Shown piece after piece: positions 19,704 through 29,454 of a stretch of DNA of 64,000 nucleotides; within the stretch, counting starts at the first letter, position 1; the number at the start of each line of letters is the position of its first letter. Source of the stretch: Candidatus Melainabacteria bacterium (GTDB lineage Bacteria > Cyanobacteriota > Vampirovibrionia > 2-02-FULL-35-15); NCBI GenBank assembly GCA_023250155.1, contig JAHFBG010000003.1:102040-166039 (forward strand). The letters are read 5' to 3'. The notes beneath the pieces are model-generated. The model searched no databases, had not been told where the DNA came from, and saw only the letters and a program-made list of their open reading frames with translations. A program made the translations under genes and the position numbers.

Positions 19704-21029
19704 ATGATTAAGGGGAAAAAAATTGTATATTTAATAATACTGTCATTGATAGTAACTTTGACTTTTATCCAAAAGGCTATCTGTATCAGTTGCATCACAC
19801 AATTAAACAATTTAACAATAGCACAAGATACTTATAACGATTGTCAGGCAAAAGCTGCAAAACTAGTTATTACTACTGGAGATCCTACAGGATCTCCATC
19901 TCCTGTTCCTTGTGCAGACGTTGTTCCTGCTGGTGATGCCCTAAAATGCTCTAGTTCAAATGATACTTGTGAGGGGATGAAAATTTGTAAGCTAGGGGGA
20001 TCATCATGTTTTTGTGGTGATGTACTTTGTAGTGAGTTAGTTGATCAGGGTTATCCTTCTCCTTGTAATGATGGAGATATACCTCAATCATTTCCACATC
20101 CTAGAGGTGGGACTATATCATGTTGTATACCAGCATGTACATGTGATGAACAAGATATCGGTGTTAAAAGATGTAATCATACTCCTGAGCAGGTTGAAAT
20201 ATGTACTCAGAGTGAAGGTAATAATTGTAGCTGGGTTGCTTCCCCTGATTGTGTACCAAATGTTGAAGTATGTGATGAAGATACTTTAACTTGTCAACCA
20301 GTATCTTCACCAAGTCCAACACCGACACCAACTCCAACACCGACACCAACTCCAACTCCAACTCCAGAAGTATCACCAACTCCAACACCGACACCAACTC
20401 CAACACCGACACCAACTCCAACTCCAACTCCAGAAGTATCACCAACACCGACACCAACTCCAACTCCAACAGCAAGTCCAACACCGACACCAACTCCAAC
20501 ACCAACTCCAGAAGTATCACCAACACCAACACCCATTACACCATGCAATGCTACTGCACCAGCTTGTGATGGAGATTGTCCTAATGCTGGTGAGACTTGC
20601 CAATTAGATCCAAATGATGGTGGCAATTGTTTATGTGTAGCTAGTATGCCTTGTGATCAAACTGCTTTTCCGGCATGTTTTGATGCAGATTGCCCAGAGG
20701 GTCAAGCTTGTCAGTCTATAGGAGACACTTGTCAGTGTGAAAATATTCCAGCAGCAGGGTTTTGTGGAAACGGTATAGTTGAACCATTAAATGGTGAAGA
20801 GTGTGATGTTGGTGATATTAATAATGGTGTAGTACCAATTAAGTGTGCAGATGATAATAATATCTGTGATGGAATTGAGTGTCTATGTGTTCCTATAGCA
20901 GTAGATCCTGCAGATGATGCTGTTGTTAACAGATGTCATTTCGAAGATGTTGGAAATTCTTATGAATGTAAAGGTACTGCCCCAAATGGTGCTCCTTGTG
21001 AACCAGTGTTCTATTATAACACCAAATAG
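19704..21029 (+). CDS. Secreted Cys-rich protein with Pro-Thr linker and Myxococcus-type cysteine-rich repeat
   Basis: Signal peptide, many Cys, (PT)n linker, CGNGIVE...EECD motif. Confidence 0.8.
   Translation: MIKGKKIVYLIILSLIVTLTFIQKAICISCITQLNNLTIAQDTYNDCQAKAAKLVITTGDPTGSPSPVPCADVVPAGDALKCSSSNDTCEGMKICKLGGSSCFCGDVLCSELVDQGYPSPCNDGDIPQSFPHPRGGTISCCIPACTCDEQDIGVKRCNHTPEQVEICTQSEGNNCSWVASPDCVPNVEVCDEDTLTCQPVSSPSPTPTPTPTPTPTPTPTPEVSPTPTPTPTPTPTPTPTPTPEVSPTPTPTPTPTASPTPTPTPTPTPEVSPTPTPITPCNATAPACDGDCPNAGETCQLDPNDGGNCLCVASMPCDQTAFPACFDADCPEGQACQSIGDTCQCENIPAAGFCGNGIVEPLNGEECDVGDINNGVVPIKCADDNNICDGIECLCVPIAVDPADDAVVNRCHFEDVGNSYECKGTAPNGAPCEPVFYYNTK
20311..20533 (+). repeat. Coding (Pro-Thr)n repeat with three PEVS spacers
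   Basis: ccaacaccgacaccaact units and ccagaagtatca x3. Confidence 0.9.
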
Positions 21030-21030
21030 A

Positions 21031-21435
21031 ATGACTCTATTAGAGAAGATGCTAGGATCTATCTATAAGAATTTAAATTTTGGGCAATGGTTATCTATCT
21101 TTTATCATCCTGAGTTCTATACGCTCCATTACCCTGTTCCAACTCCAAGCTTTGCAGTAATTTCAAACTGTGGATGGGTAGAGAACCCTGCTGCTGCTGA
21201 GGTTGCAGGTAATCCAGATATCTCAACATCAATTCTTAAAAGTACAATTCAGGTTATGCAAGATGCTTTAGCAATTTATGGACCTACAAGTGTTTGTTCA
21301 AGTTATGCACAAGTATGTGGTGGTAGTACTAATGGTGGTGGTGCCTGTAGAGTAGTGAGTATTTATAATGATCCTACTGTAAATGGTGCTACTACTAAAT
21401 ATTGTGGATTTACAGTAGCTAGATCGGGATTATAA
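21031..21435 (+). CDS. Cys-containing ORF: detached C-terminus of 19704..21029 or a coupled gene
   Basis: ATG one base after the upstream TAG, in the +1 frame; five Cys, no signal peptide. Confidence 0.5.
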   Translation: MTLLEKMLGSIYKNLNFGQWLSIFYHPEFYTLHYPVPTPSFAVISNCGWVENPAAAEVAGNPDISTSILKSTIQVMQDALAIYGPTSVCSSYAQVCGGSTNGGGACRVVSIYNDPTVNGATTKYCGFTVARSGL

Positions 21436-21453
21436 AATCCATAAACTATCTCC

Positions 21454-21526
21454 CTCAAACACCTTTCTAAACATCTTTTCAGTTAGTCTTCCTGTTTGAG
21501 TGTTTTGCCTGCTTGGATGATAACTG
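21454..21526. repeat. Direct repeat copy 1 (duplicated udg 3' end)
   Basis: 21468-21526 is identical over 59 bp to 22769-22827; similarity extends to 73 bp. Confidence 0.92.
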
Positions 21527-21532
21527 ATTGTA

Positions 21533-22711
21533 CTAGACAAACAATTTATTAATTTCCTGCCATGGGATAGCAAAAATATTTTCATCAAGTTTAAGTTTTC
21601 TTGGTGTTTGACAAACCAAGTAACCGAGTTTTGTATTATTGTATTCTGATAAAAAAACTTTTAAATGCTTAATGTCTGATTTTGTTGGTGAGTCAGTCCA
21701 TTTTATTTCTATGGGAATATAAGTATTTTCAATATCTAAAACCCAATCTACCTCAGGTCCATCAGGGTCACGCCAAAAAAAGACTCTTGACCTTTTATGT
21801 GAAAGTCTTGAATATCTTATAAGCTCAAGACCAATAAACTGCTCAAATAATTTTCCAAGCATCTCTCTTGGTTGTTTTATTCCTTCTCTTGCTGCAACCC
21901 TTCTTACCCCTAAATCAAAAAACAAATACTTTTGTGACTTAGTTAATTTCTTTCTTGTTTTACTTTTAGTAATGGGAGTAATCTTTTCAATAATTAAACA
22001 ATCTTCAAGTATTTGATAATAAGAAGCAATTGTAGTATGAGAAACACCAATTTCTTGAGATAATTTTCTTAGGTTAATAATATTGCCTGATTCAGAAGCA
22101 GCCAACTCTATAAATCTAGCAAAAGGTCCTAAATTTCTAACAATAGCTTCTGCTCTTATTTCTTCTTCTAAGTAAGTCGTAATATAGGATTCTAGTTCCT
22201 TTTCTTTTTCATATGCATCTTTGACTAACAGTATCCCTGGTAAAGAACCGTACATTATCAACTCATTTAGATTATATGAATCTAATTCATTAAGCACTAA
22301 AGGATCAAGTCTAGATGCAATTACTCTTCCAGGAAGCAGATTTACATTTTGTCCTCTTCTTAGTTTTCTTGCTGATGATCCTGTTAGTATAAAACTTGCT
22401 TTTTTATTGTCAATAATATCTTGAACTACATCAAGTATCTCTGGTACTTTTTGTACTTCATCAATGACAATTAAAGGATTTGTCTTTTTTTGTTCAATAG
22501 ATAGAGCTTCAATCTCAGAATAAAGAAGCTCTGGATTTTTTTCATAGCGTTGTCTTACATCAGGCCTTATAAGTGAAAGAAATAAGTCATTCCCAAAGTG
22601 TTTAATAAGAGTTGTTTTTCCTGTTTGCCTTGGGCCAAGAAGTAAAATACTTTTCCCTCTTTTTATTTCTCGCTCTATCTCTTTTTCTAGTAGTCTTGCT
22701 ATGTATTGCAT
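21533..22711 (-). CDS. AAA_14/DUF4143 family ATPase
   Basis: GPRQTGKT, IDEVQK, TGSSARKL, LLPGR, GSLP, FFDLG, EVDW..IEIK; start MQYIARL after GGAG. Confidence 0.9.
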   Translation of the reverse strand: MQYIARLLEKEIEREIKRGKSILLLGPRQTGKTTLIKHFGNDLFLSLIRPDVRQRYEKNPELLYSEIEALSIEQKKTNPLIVIDEVQKVPEILDVVQDIIDNKKASFILTGSSARKLRRGQNVNLLPGRVIASRLDPLVLNELDSYNLNELIMYGSLPGILLVKDAYEKEKELESYITTYLEEEIRAEAIVRNLGPFARFIELAASESGNIINLRKLSQEIGVSHTTIASYYQILEDCLIIEKITPITKSKTRKKLTKSQKYLFFDLGVRRVAAREGIKQPREMLGKLFEQFIGLELIRYSRLSHKRSRVFFWRDPDGPEVDWVLDIENTYIPIEIKWTDSPTKSDIKHLKVFLSEYNNTKLGYLVCQTPRKLKLDENIFAIPWQEINKLFV

Positions 22712-23393
22712 GCACTCCATTATCGTCGAAAATAGAGGACATGTCAACCGCCTTCTCAAACACGTCCTTAAACATCTTTTCAGTTAGTCTTCCTGTTTGA
22801 GTGTTTTGCCTGCTTGGATGATAACTGGATATTAAAATGTGTGGCAAATCTTTTGAATTGTAAATAGCGCCATGGGAAAACTTAAAATAGTTTTTATTAT
22901 AATTTTTTATTTTGTATACATTAAATAACCATTTTAAATATCCATCAAATGCAATTTTTCCAAGAGCAACTACTATTTTTAAATTTCTTAGCAACTTTAA
23001 TTCTTCTATTAAATATGGAAAACAGTTGTCAAGCTCTTTTGGAGTAGGCTTGTTTTGAGGTGGTGCACAGCGCCCCATAGCAGTTATATAACAATTTTTT
23101 AATTTTAAACCATCATTGATATCTATAGACTCAGGCTTATTGCAAAGCCCGACATCATAAAGTACTTTATACATAAAGTTTCCAGAGGAATCACCTGTAA
23201 ACATTCTCCCAGTCCTATTTGATCCAAATCGTCCTGGCGCAAGCCCTAAAATTAAAATCTCTGCATTTATATCTCCAAAGCTTGGAACTGGCTTACACCA
23301 GTAGCTTGGATATTTTTCCTTAATTTCATTTATGTATTTAACTAAGCGAGGACATTTGGTGCATTTAGTGATTTTGTTTTGTAACTCAATCAT
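22602..23393 (-). CDS. Uracil-DNA glycosylase, family 5 (UdgB-like)
   Basis: CTKCPRL, GLAPG..GSNRTGRMFTGD, RCAPPQNKP, YHPSRQNTQTG; tail overlaps the ATPase start. Confidence 0.88.
   Translation of the reverse strand: MIELQNKITKCTKCPRLVKYINEIKEKYPSYWCKPVPSFGDINAEILILGLAPGRFGSNRTGRMFTGDSSGNFMYKVLYDVGLCNKPESIDINDGLKLKNCYITAMGRCAPPQNKPTPKELDNCFPYLIEELKLLRNLKIVVALGKIAFDGYLKWLFNVYKIKNYNKNYFKFSHGAIYNSKDLPHILISSYHPSRQNTQTGRLTEKMFKDVFEKAVDMSSIFDDNGVHAIHSKTTRKRDRARNKKREKYFTSWPKANRKNNSY
22755..22827. repeat. Direct repeat copy 2 (inside udg)
   Basis: Matches 21454-21526 at an offset of 1301 bp. Confidence 0.92.
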
Positions 23394-24523
23394 CTTCTCT
23401 CTATTGCTGGTACATCTCTTTGTGGAGGACCTTCATAAATAGCTCTTGGTCTGATTAATCTATTGTCTGAAAGCTGTTCTATGATGTGTGCTGACCAACC
23501 TGCTGTTCTACTTAGAACAAAAATAGGTGTGTATAAAGGAATAGGAATATTGAGCAGGTAGTAAGCAACGGCAGAATAAAAGTCTGCATTTGGGAATAAT
23601 CCCTTCTTTTCTTTTACTATATGTTCAATTTTTTCTGCTATGTCAAAAAGTTTTTTCTGTCCTAGCTTTTCTGCTAACTGTAGAGAGTGTTTTTTCATAA
23701 CATCAGATCTACCATCCTTTTTCTTATAAACTCTGTGTCCAAAACCCATTATTTTTTCTTTTCTATTTAGCATATCCATGATTCCACGTTCTGCATCATC
23801 AGGGCTTGAAAACTTTAATATTAATTCCATTGCAGCTTCATTAGCACCACCATGAAGAGAACCTTTTAGAGTACCAATTCCACTTGTTATTGCTGAATAA
23901 ATATCAGATAGTGTGGATGCTGTTACTCTTGCACAGAAAGTAGAAGCATTAAGCTCATGCTCTGCATATAAAATTAAACTTGCATTTATAACCCGCTCTT
24001 CAAAAGCTTCTGGCTCTTTATTTGTAACTAGTTGTAAAAATCGTCCACCAAATGTAAGTTTCTTATTAACTTTAGGAACCTCTTTATTCCTTGATAAGTG
24101 ATACCAGGACATAAGAGCAAGTGGTAACTTGGCAATTATTGAATATGCTATTTGTTTTGTTTCTTCAATTGTAAAAGCTCTATTTTCATCAAGTGTGCCC
24201 ATAAAAGAAACTGATGTTCGTAAAACATCCATGGGACTTGCAGTTGATGGAATCTTTCTTAAAACTTTAATAAGGTCTTTTGAAACCTTTCTTTCTTGTA
24301 CAAGCAGTCTTGAAACTCTTTTCAATTCTCTTTTTTTGGGAAGCTTGCCTTCAATTAAAAGATGTATTACTTCTTCAAATATAGCCTTTTCAGACAACTC
24401 TACTGCACCATAACCCCTATAAATAAGAGCTTCATTTTCAGGATTAATGCTACATATTGTAGTAGTACCTGCAATTACATCTTCTAAACCCTTTGCAAAT
24501 TTTTCTTGTAACATGGTTGACAT
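23390..24523 (-). CDS. prpC: 2-methylcitrate synthase (citrate synthase family)
   Basis: GLEDV, YRGY, EHELNASTF, LHGGANE, GFGHRVY, FPNADF; follows prpD-prpB. Confidence 0.88.
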   Translation of the reverse strand: MSTMLQEKFAKGLEDVIAGTTTICSINPENEALIYRGYGAVELSEKAIFEEVIHLLIEGKLPKKRELKRVSRLLVQERKVSKDLIKVLRKIPSTASPMDVLRTSVSFMGTLDENRAFTIEETKQIAYSIIAKLPLALMSWYHLSRNKEVPKVNKKLTFGGRFLQLVTNKEPEAFEERVINASLILYAEHELNASTFCARVTASTLSDIYSAITSGIGTLKGSLHGGANEAAMELILKFSSPDDAERGIMDMLNRKEKIMGFGHRVYKKKDGRSDVMKKHSLQLAEKLGQKKLFDIAEKIEHIVKEKKGLFPNADFYSAVAYYLLNIPIPLYTPIFVLSRTAGWSAHIIEQLSDNRLIRPRAIYEGPPQRDVPAIERR

Positions 24524-24619
24524 TGTGTTCTCCTTACCCTATATCTTCCAAATAATAAAGCATTTGTTTGATTTTATCAATATTTATAATAGCGCAGAAC
24601 AAGTTTGTGCTTCTTTTTA

Positions 24620-25471
24620 TCAATGATTGGGGGTTACTTGTTTTTCTTTTTCATAATAATCAAGTAGTCTGTACAGCTCTTCTCTTGTTTGTAAATGATT
24701 TAAAAGCCCTTTTTGAGTGCCTTCTTTCTTTATAACTCTATAAACCTCTTCTGTTGCTTTCATCATCCTTCTAAATGCAGTAAGCGGAAATAAAACCATT
24801 CTTACCCCTATACTTTCAAATTCATACACTGAAATGTAAGGTGTCTTTCCAAACTCTGTCATATTAGCTAAGACAGGTATTTTAAGCTCATTTACAAATC
24901 TTTTATATTCGTCCTTGTTCTCTAATGCTTCAGCAAAGATGGCATCAGCCCCAGCATCCTGATATTTTTTAGCCCTATCCAATGCATCATCAAGGCCATT
25001 TACATTTCTTGAATCTACACGAGCAATTATAAAGAAATTTGAGTCAGTTCTTGCACTACAAGCATTTTTTATTTTTTGAACCATTTCATCAATACTTACC
25101 ACTTCTTTTCCTGGTCTATGTCCACAACGTTTTGGAAAAACTTGGTCTTCTAAGTGTATGCCACTAGCACCAGCTTTTTCTAACTGGCGGACAGCCTCTG
25201 CTTCATCTCCAAAACCGGTATCGGCATCCACTAGTAGTGGCATGCCATGGCACGCTACTATGTTAGAAATCCTTCTTGTTTCCTCTACCACATCCTGCAA
25301 TGTTGTTAATCCAAGGTCAGGTAAACCAAAACATCCTGTAGCAATACCAGACCCTGATAAATAAAGAGCTTGAATACCTGCATCTTTTGCTATCAGTGCA
25401 GAAGCTGCATTAAACACACCTGGTATAACAACTGTTTTTTGTTCTTTTAAAAGTTGATGGAAAGACTTCAT
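24620..25471 (-). CDS. prpB: Methylisocitrate lyase
   Basis: YLSG, PDLG, VDADTGFG, HLEDQ..PKRCGH, ANMTEFGKTP. Confidence 0.92.
   Translation of the reverse strand: MKSFHQLLKEQKTVVIPGVFNAASALIAKDAGIQALYLSGSGIATGCFGLPDLGLTTLQDVVEETRRISNIVACHGMPLLVDADTGFGDEAEAVRQLEKAGASGIHLEDQVFPKRCGHRPGKEVVSIDEMVQKIKNACSARTDSNFFIIARVDSRNVNGLDDALDRAKKYQDAGADAIFAEALENKDEYKRFVNELKIPVLANMTEFGKTPYISVYEFESIGVRMVLFPLTAFRRMMKATEEVYRVIKKEGTQKGLLNHLQTREELYRLLDYYEKEKQVTPNH
25234..25258. repeat. REP-like palindrome inside the prpB coding sequence
   Basis: GTAGTGGCATGCCATGGCACGCTAC, read as VACHGMPL just before VDADTG. Confidence 0.6.
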
Positions 25472-25490
25472 ATGCTTTTGAATCCCAACT

Positions 25491-26867
25491 TTAATCAAAT
25501 ACTGGCATAAGGCTCGATAAATCTTGTAAAATATCCAGCTTCATTACAGTTTCTATTTGACTTTCAATTTTGTCTTTTCCCATGTGTGGTTCTGCAAGTG
25601 TTCTCCACTTGTTAAAAATATCCTCATCTTTCATAGAATTTTTAGGGTGTCCTAATGGGTGTAAAACTTCTTTTACTATTTTCTTTCCACTAATAAGATT
25701 TATTTCTAATCTATTCCCAAAGCTTCTTGGATAGTCATTTGTATATTTAGGATCTTCTACGACTTTTATTTTTTTCATAAAGCGTAGCATTTGTGAGTCA
25801 CGATAGTTTTTCTTATGAAAGCTTTCATCAGTTACGTTCCCATCGCGTAATGCAATAGCTGTACAGTAAGGCAAACTATGATCTGCCGTTTCTTTTGATG
25901 TAGGTCTCCACTTTTCAGGTTCTGAACCAATTATTTGATAGGAAGCACCATGTGTATAAATTACCACATCCTGAATTTGTTCAAGTCTTAAACCTTCTTT
26001 ATGAAGCTCAACTGCAGCCTTAACAGCACTTTGTGCATGATATTCTACTGGATAAGGTTTTATATAAGTTTCAAGTATTTTTTTTGGTGGCTCTCCAGAA
26101 CTCGGGAGTTTTAAATCAATTGGACCTGAAACTAATGTTTCAAAGCCACGTGTTCCTTCAAATATAGGAGCAGGTCCTGTCATTCCTTCACTTGCTAGGC
26201 GTGCCGCAAAAAGCCCTTGGCGAGCAGCATTACTAAATGCACAGGCTTTCCACATGGACATTTCACCAACACGTGTTTGTCTTGTAGCTATATTGCAAAC
26301 ACCAGAAATATTTAATGCATTTTCTAATTGTTCAGTGTCCAAATCTATTAAAGAAGCAGCTCCACTAACCGTAGAGAATGGACCATATGTTACATGATCG
26401 ATACCTTTAGCTCTAAGGCTTGCACCATCACAAAGTTGGCATTGAATTTCATAAGCAATTGCAATGGCTAAAATCAAATCAAGTCCTGTCTTTTCATATG
26501 CTTGAGCACATGCAATGAGTGGGGCAATATTATCCGATGGATGAGCAGGTTCTAGTGATAAGTAAGTATCGTTAAAATCTAAGTAACGCACCAATGCACC
26601 GTTTGCAAAAGCTGCCTCTTCATAAAAAACATTTTTCCCTTTTCCAAAAAGTGGTGCTGTATATTTTCCTTTTACTTTGGAACAGGCTTTAAGCAATATC
26701 TTTGCAACCTTTGAGTCATAGGCTCCAGCTGCACAAGCAAGGCTATCTAAGACTCTTCTTTTTACCTCATGAATAACTTCTTTTGGAAGAGAATCTTTAT
26801 TCACAGATAAAACATAATTTGAGATCATGGAAGATTTATTTATTTGTCTGGTTAGTGTTTGTGTCAT
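25491..26867 (-). CDS. prpD: 2-methylcitrate dehydratase (MmgE/PrpD family)
   Basis: RYLDFNDT, HPSDN, DHV, SMWK, ETADHSLPY, GHP. Confidence 0.93.
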   Translation of the reverse strand: MTQTLTRQINKSSMISNYVLSVNKDSLPKEVIHEVKRRVLDSLACAAGAYDSKVAKILLKACSKVKGKYTAPLFGKGKNVFYEEAAFANGALVRYLDFNDTYLSLEPAHPSDNIAPLIACAQAYEKTGLDLILAIAIAYEIQCQLCDGASLRAKGIDHVTYGPFSTVSGAASLIDLDTEQLENALNISGVCNIATRQTRVGEMSMWKACAFSNAARQGLFAARLASEGMTGPAPIFEGTRGFETLVSGPIDLKLPSSGEPPKKILETYIKPYPVEYHAQSAVKAAVELHKEGLRLEQIQDVVIYTHGASYQIIGSEPEKWRPTSKETADHSLPYCTAIALRDGNVTDESFHKKNYRDSQMLRFMKKIKVVEDPKYTNDYPRSFGNRLEINLISGKKIVKEVLHPLGHPKNSMKDEDIFNKWRTLAEPHMGKDKIESQIETVMKLDILQDLSSLMPVFD

Positions 26868-26926
26868 AATATAAACAGTATAATCTCAACATTACTTTAT
26901 GGCAAGAAAGCAAGTACAATTTTATG

Positions 26927-27271
26927 CTACTTAGGAGTAGCAATTGAATTAATATACCCTTGAGCATTTTTAGACGGTCTTCTACACATATCTACTTCAT
27001 CTCCATCTAAAAGAATCAGCTCTCCTTTTTCTTTTAATTTAAGTGTAACTATGTGAAACTGATTTCGAAAATCTACACTGGAATACAGTCTCGTATCTAT
27101 ATCTTCTAATACATCAGTTAGAGTAACTTTCTTTTCTGAATACCTATGCGTAAATGTTAGTTGTATTTTCTTATTTTTAAATTTATTCAGCTCCAAATTC
27201 GTCTCTTGAGGTGAACAATGGTGAATCCAATTTATACCAAAGTGGTTTCTTCTACTAATGGAAAAATCCAT
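26927..27271 (-). CDS. Hypothetical protein
   Basis: 114-aa ORF with AAGGAG RBS. Confidence 0.55.
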   Translation of the reverse strand: MDFSISRRNHFGINWIHHCSPQETNLELNKFKNKKIQLTFTHRYSEKKVTLTDVLEDIDTRLYSSVDFRNQFHIVTLKLKEKGELILLDGDEVDMCRRPSKNAQGYINSIATPK

Positions 27272-27331
27272 AAATATCTCCTTAGCTAATATTTAAAATT
27301 ACTTATAGGATATCAGATTTTTATTAGTAAA

Positions 27332-28246
27332 TTAGTCTTTAGGCAAAAAATTTAACAGTTCTGGTGATGCCACTTCTTCAAGTTCCTTATAAAAGTCAAA
27401 TGCTTCTTTAGCTATTTTAATTTCATCTGTTCTATTTATGCAATTAGGTGTTGTCCACCACCAAATACCATCTAATATATATCTGGGAATTATTCCTTGA
27501 TCAGTAGCTTCCCTAACTGCTCTTGCAGCTTCTATTTGTTCGGGTATAGTTAAGGAGCAAAACTCATAAGCTACTTCTTCTGGAATACCTAAAGCTTCAG
27601 CTCTTTTTAAATCTCCCTCTTTGTTTTTCATGTTTCTAGCAGCTAAAAGATTTCTTAAATCGGTTTCTGTAGAACCAACGTACATTACAAATTCTTCAAA
27701 TATATGAGCATTGTGTTCTCTCTGAAAAAACTGCCTAAACTCAAGTCTTAGAAACTCTAACCAATATGGGTTTATATCACTAATAAGATTTTCAGATAGT
27801 TCAAGTTTTTCTGTAAAATTATTTGTAATACCCCAATAATTATTAAAACAAGAGTTTGGAAACTTGGAGGGGATAGGTTTTGCTGTAAAAAACTTTCGTT
27901 CTATATAAACACCACTTTGATTTGGAATAAAGTTTGTCAATTCAATTGCAAAAGGTACTGGTAGAGCTATTTCACAAAGATTTCTTTCTAATTTCTCAAG
28001 CTTACAATCTTCAACTCTCTCATAATCATCACCGACAATAAATACTCCTCCTGGTTTTAGCTCTGGTCTTCTAATAATCAAAGCAAGCTCTTGTAAATAA
28101 TGCTCAGATAAATAGTTGTGTATTTTTGGAAGTGGTTCAAGCACTTTTACTATTTCATCTAATATCGTATCCCTATTGACCCCATTTGGCTTTATAGCAA
28201 CGGGGCTGCTTCTTAAATATCCGGAAATTGCACTTAGACTGTTCAT
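27332..28246 (-). CDS. Hypothetical protein sharing its N-terminal 13 aa with the neighbouring gene
   Basis: 304-aa ORF starting MNSLSAISGYLRS; ATGA overlap with the upstream gene. Confidence 0.7.
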   Translation of the reverse strand: MNSLSAISGYLRSSPVAIKPNGVNRDTILDEIVKVLEPLPKIHNYLSEHYLQELALIIRRPELKPGGVFIVGDDYERVEDCKLEKLERNLCEIALPVPFAIELTNFIPNQSGVYIERKFFTAKPIPSKFPNSCFNNYWGITNNFTEKLELSENLISDINPYWLEFLRLEFRQFFQREHNAHIFEEFVMYVGSTETDLRNLLAARNMKNKEGDLKRAEALGIPEEVAYEFCSLTIPEQIEAARAVREATDQGIIPRYILDGIWWWTTPNCINRTDEIKIAKEAFDFYKELEEVASPELLNFLPKD

Positions 28247-29322
28247 TTTTTTACACTAAGATGTTTGTACCAGTTTTTATCCCCTTGTTTTACATAGCCC
28301 AATTGTTTTGCTGTTTCATCATATCTTTTTAAAGCTTTTTTACTATCATGAATCCAATGATTGTTTTTTTGACCTTGAATTGCAATGCTTTTAAGATTAA
28401 ACTGTTTTGCTACCTCTTCACAAATAGTTACAAGCAGTTTCTCCCATTCTAAGACCATTAAACCCCTTGAGTGTAGTTTCCAAGAATCAATTGACTCTCC
28501 TTTTTCATTTGTTTTATTTGGTCTAACACCTTGTAATTGATTTATGAATAAAGTTTCTTTATCTCTACAATGGACAGCAACTAAAGCATTTGGTTCTTTT
28601 TTATACATTAGACTGATTCCGATTGGAGAGTCTAAAAAAATATCAAAATGTTTACTATTAAGAGATTTTTCACTCCAATCTTTTGCCCAACCTGAAGTAC
28701 TTATATCTTGTGTATGTAGAGTATCTAAACTATAGTCAGACATTCTTTTATCTGATAGAACAACACCAGGTTTAGCATGTGATTTTAAAATCTTTTGTAG
28801 ATATATTCCTTGAATAGTTTTTCTTAATTCAGATATTAATTGGTGATTTTTTACAACTGTTGAAGTGTTATCAATATTACAAAATCTTCTTGAAGCCACA
28901 TAAGCTTTTCTTAGAGTTTTAATATTGAAATCAGTATGGTTTTCTATTCCTTTAGCAAATGACTTTCTTATCTCATTATCCTCTGGACACTTTACCCATG
29001 CCCATATCAAGGCATCTTGACCAAGCTCATCAACAATAGCATTAGAAGGTAAATAAGAAAGCAATGTTAGCAAATCATCGTCATTGAATTTATCTAATTG
29101 ATCTAAAGCAAAACCTACCAATGGCTTTTCTTCTATCCTTTGAAGAACTTCTTTTAAAGTAGTACGATATCCTTGAACATCTCTTATTTCACCAATACGT
29201 TCCAGATTATGTTCTGTATAAAGTTTTTTTATTAGATCTTTTGGTGATGGTTCCTCCTTTGTCCTTATGGGCAAAGAAGCACTTCTTAAATATCCAGAAA
29301 TTGCACCTAAACTGTTCATCAT
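28243..29322 (-). CDS. Hypothetical protein with C-terminal DUF535/VirK-like domain
   Basis: FINQLQG...KLLV..EEVAKQFNL..I...NNHW...RYDETAKQLG; starts MMNSLGAISGYLRS. Confidence 0.55.
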   Translation of the reverse strand: MMNSLGAISGYLRSASLPIRTKEEPSPKDLIKKLYTEHNLERIGEIRDVQGYRTTLKEVLQRIEEKPLVGFALDQLDKFNDDDLLTLLSYLPSNAIVDELGQDALIWAWVKCPEDNEIRKSFAKGIENHTDFNIKTLRKAYVASRRFCNIDNTSTVVKNHQLISELRKTIQGIYLQKILKSHAKPGVVLSDKRMSDYSLDTLHTQDISTSGWAKDWSEKSLNSKHFDIFLDSPIGISLMYKKEPNALVAVHCRDKETLFINQLQGVRPNKTNEKGESIDSWKLHSRGLMVLEWEKLLVTICEEVAKQFNLKSIAIQGQKNNHWIHDSKKALKRYDETAKQLGYVKQGDKNWYKHLSVKK

Positions 29323-29415
29323 AAATTTATACTTGAATAATATACTTTAATTTCTTATTCTAGGACTTTCAATACTTTATAAATGAAATGTTTATAAAGA
29401 CTTAATAATGTAGCT

Positions 29416-29443
29416 GTAGGGACTGGTCGCAACCAGTCCCTAC
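29416..29443. repeat. 28-bp REP-like palindrome
   Basis: GTAGGGACTGGT-CGCA-ACCAGTCCCTAC, perfect 12-bp arms. Confidence 0.85.
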
Positions 29444-29454
29444 TAAGCATCTTC

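Noticed and set aside
20311..20533. CRISPR-like array
   Set aside because: In-frame Pro-Thr codon repeats with no unique spacers and no cas genes
21454..22827. Template/variable repeat pair of a diversity-generating retroelement
   Set aside because: Mismatches are not confined to adenines of one copy (one is G/C), and no reverse transcriptase is in the window
23390..26867. prpD-prpB-prpC as a novel pathway
   Set aside because: Standard methylcitrate cycle genes
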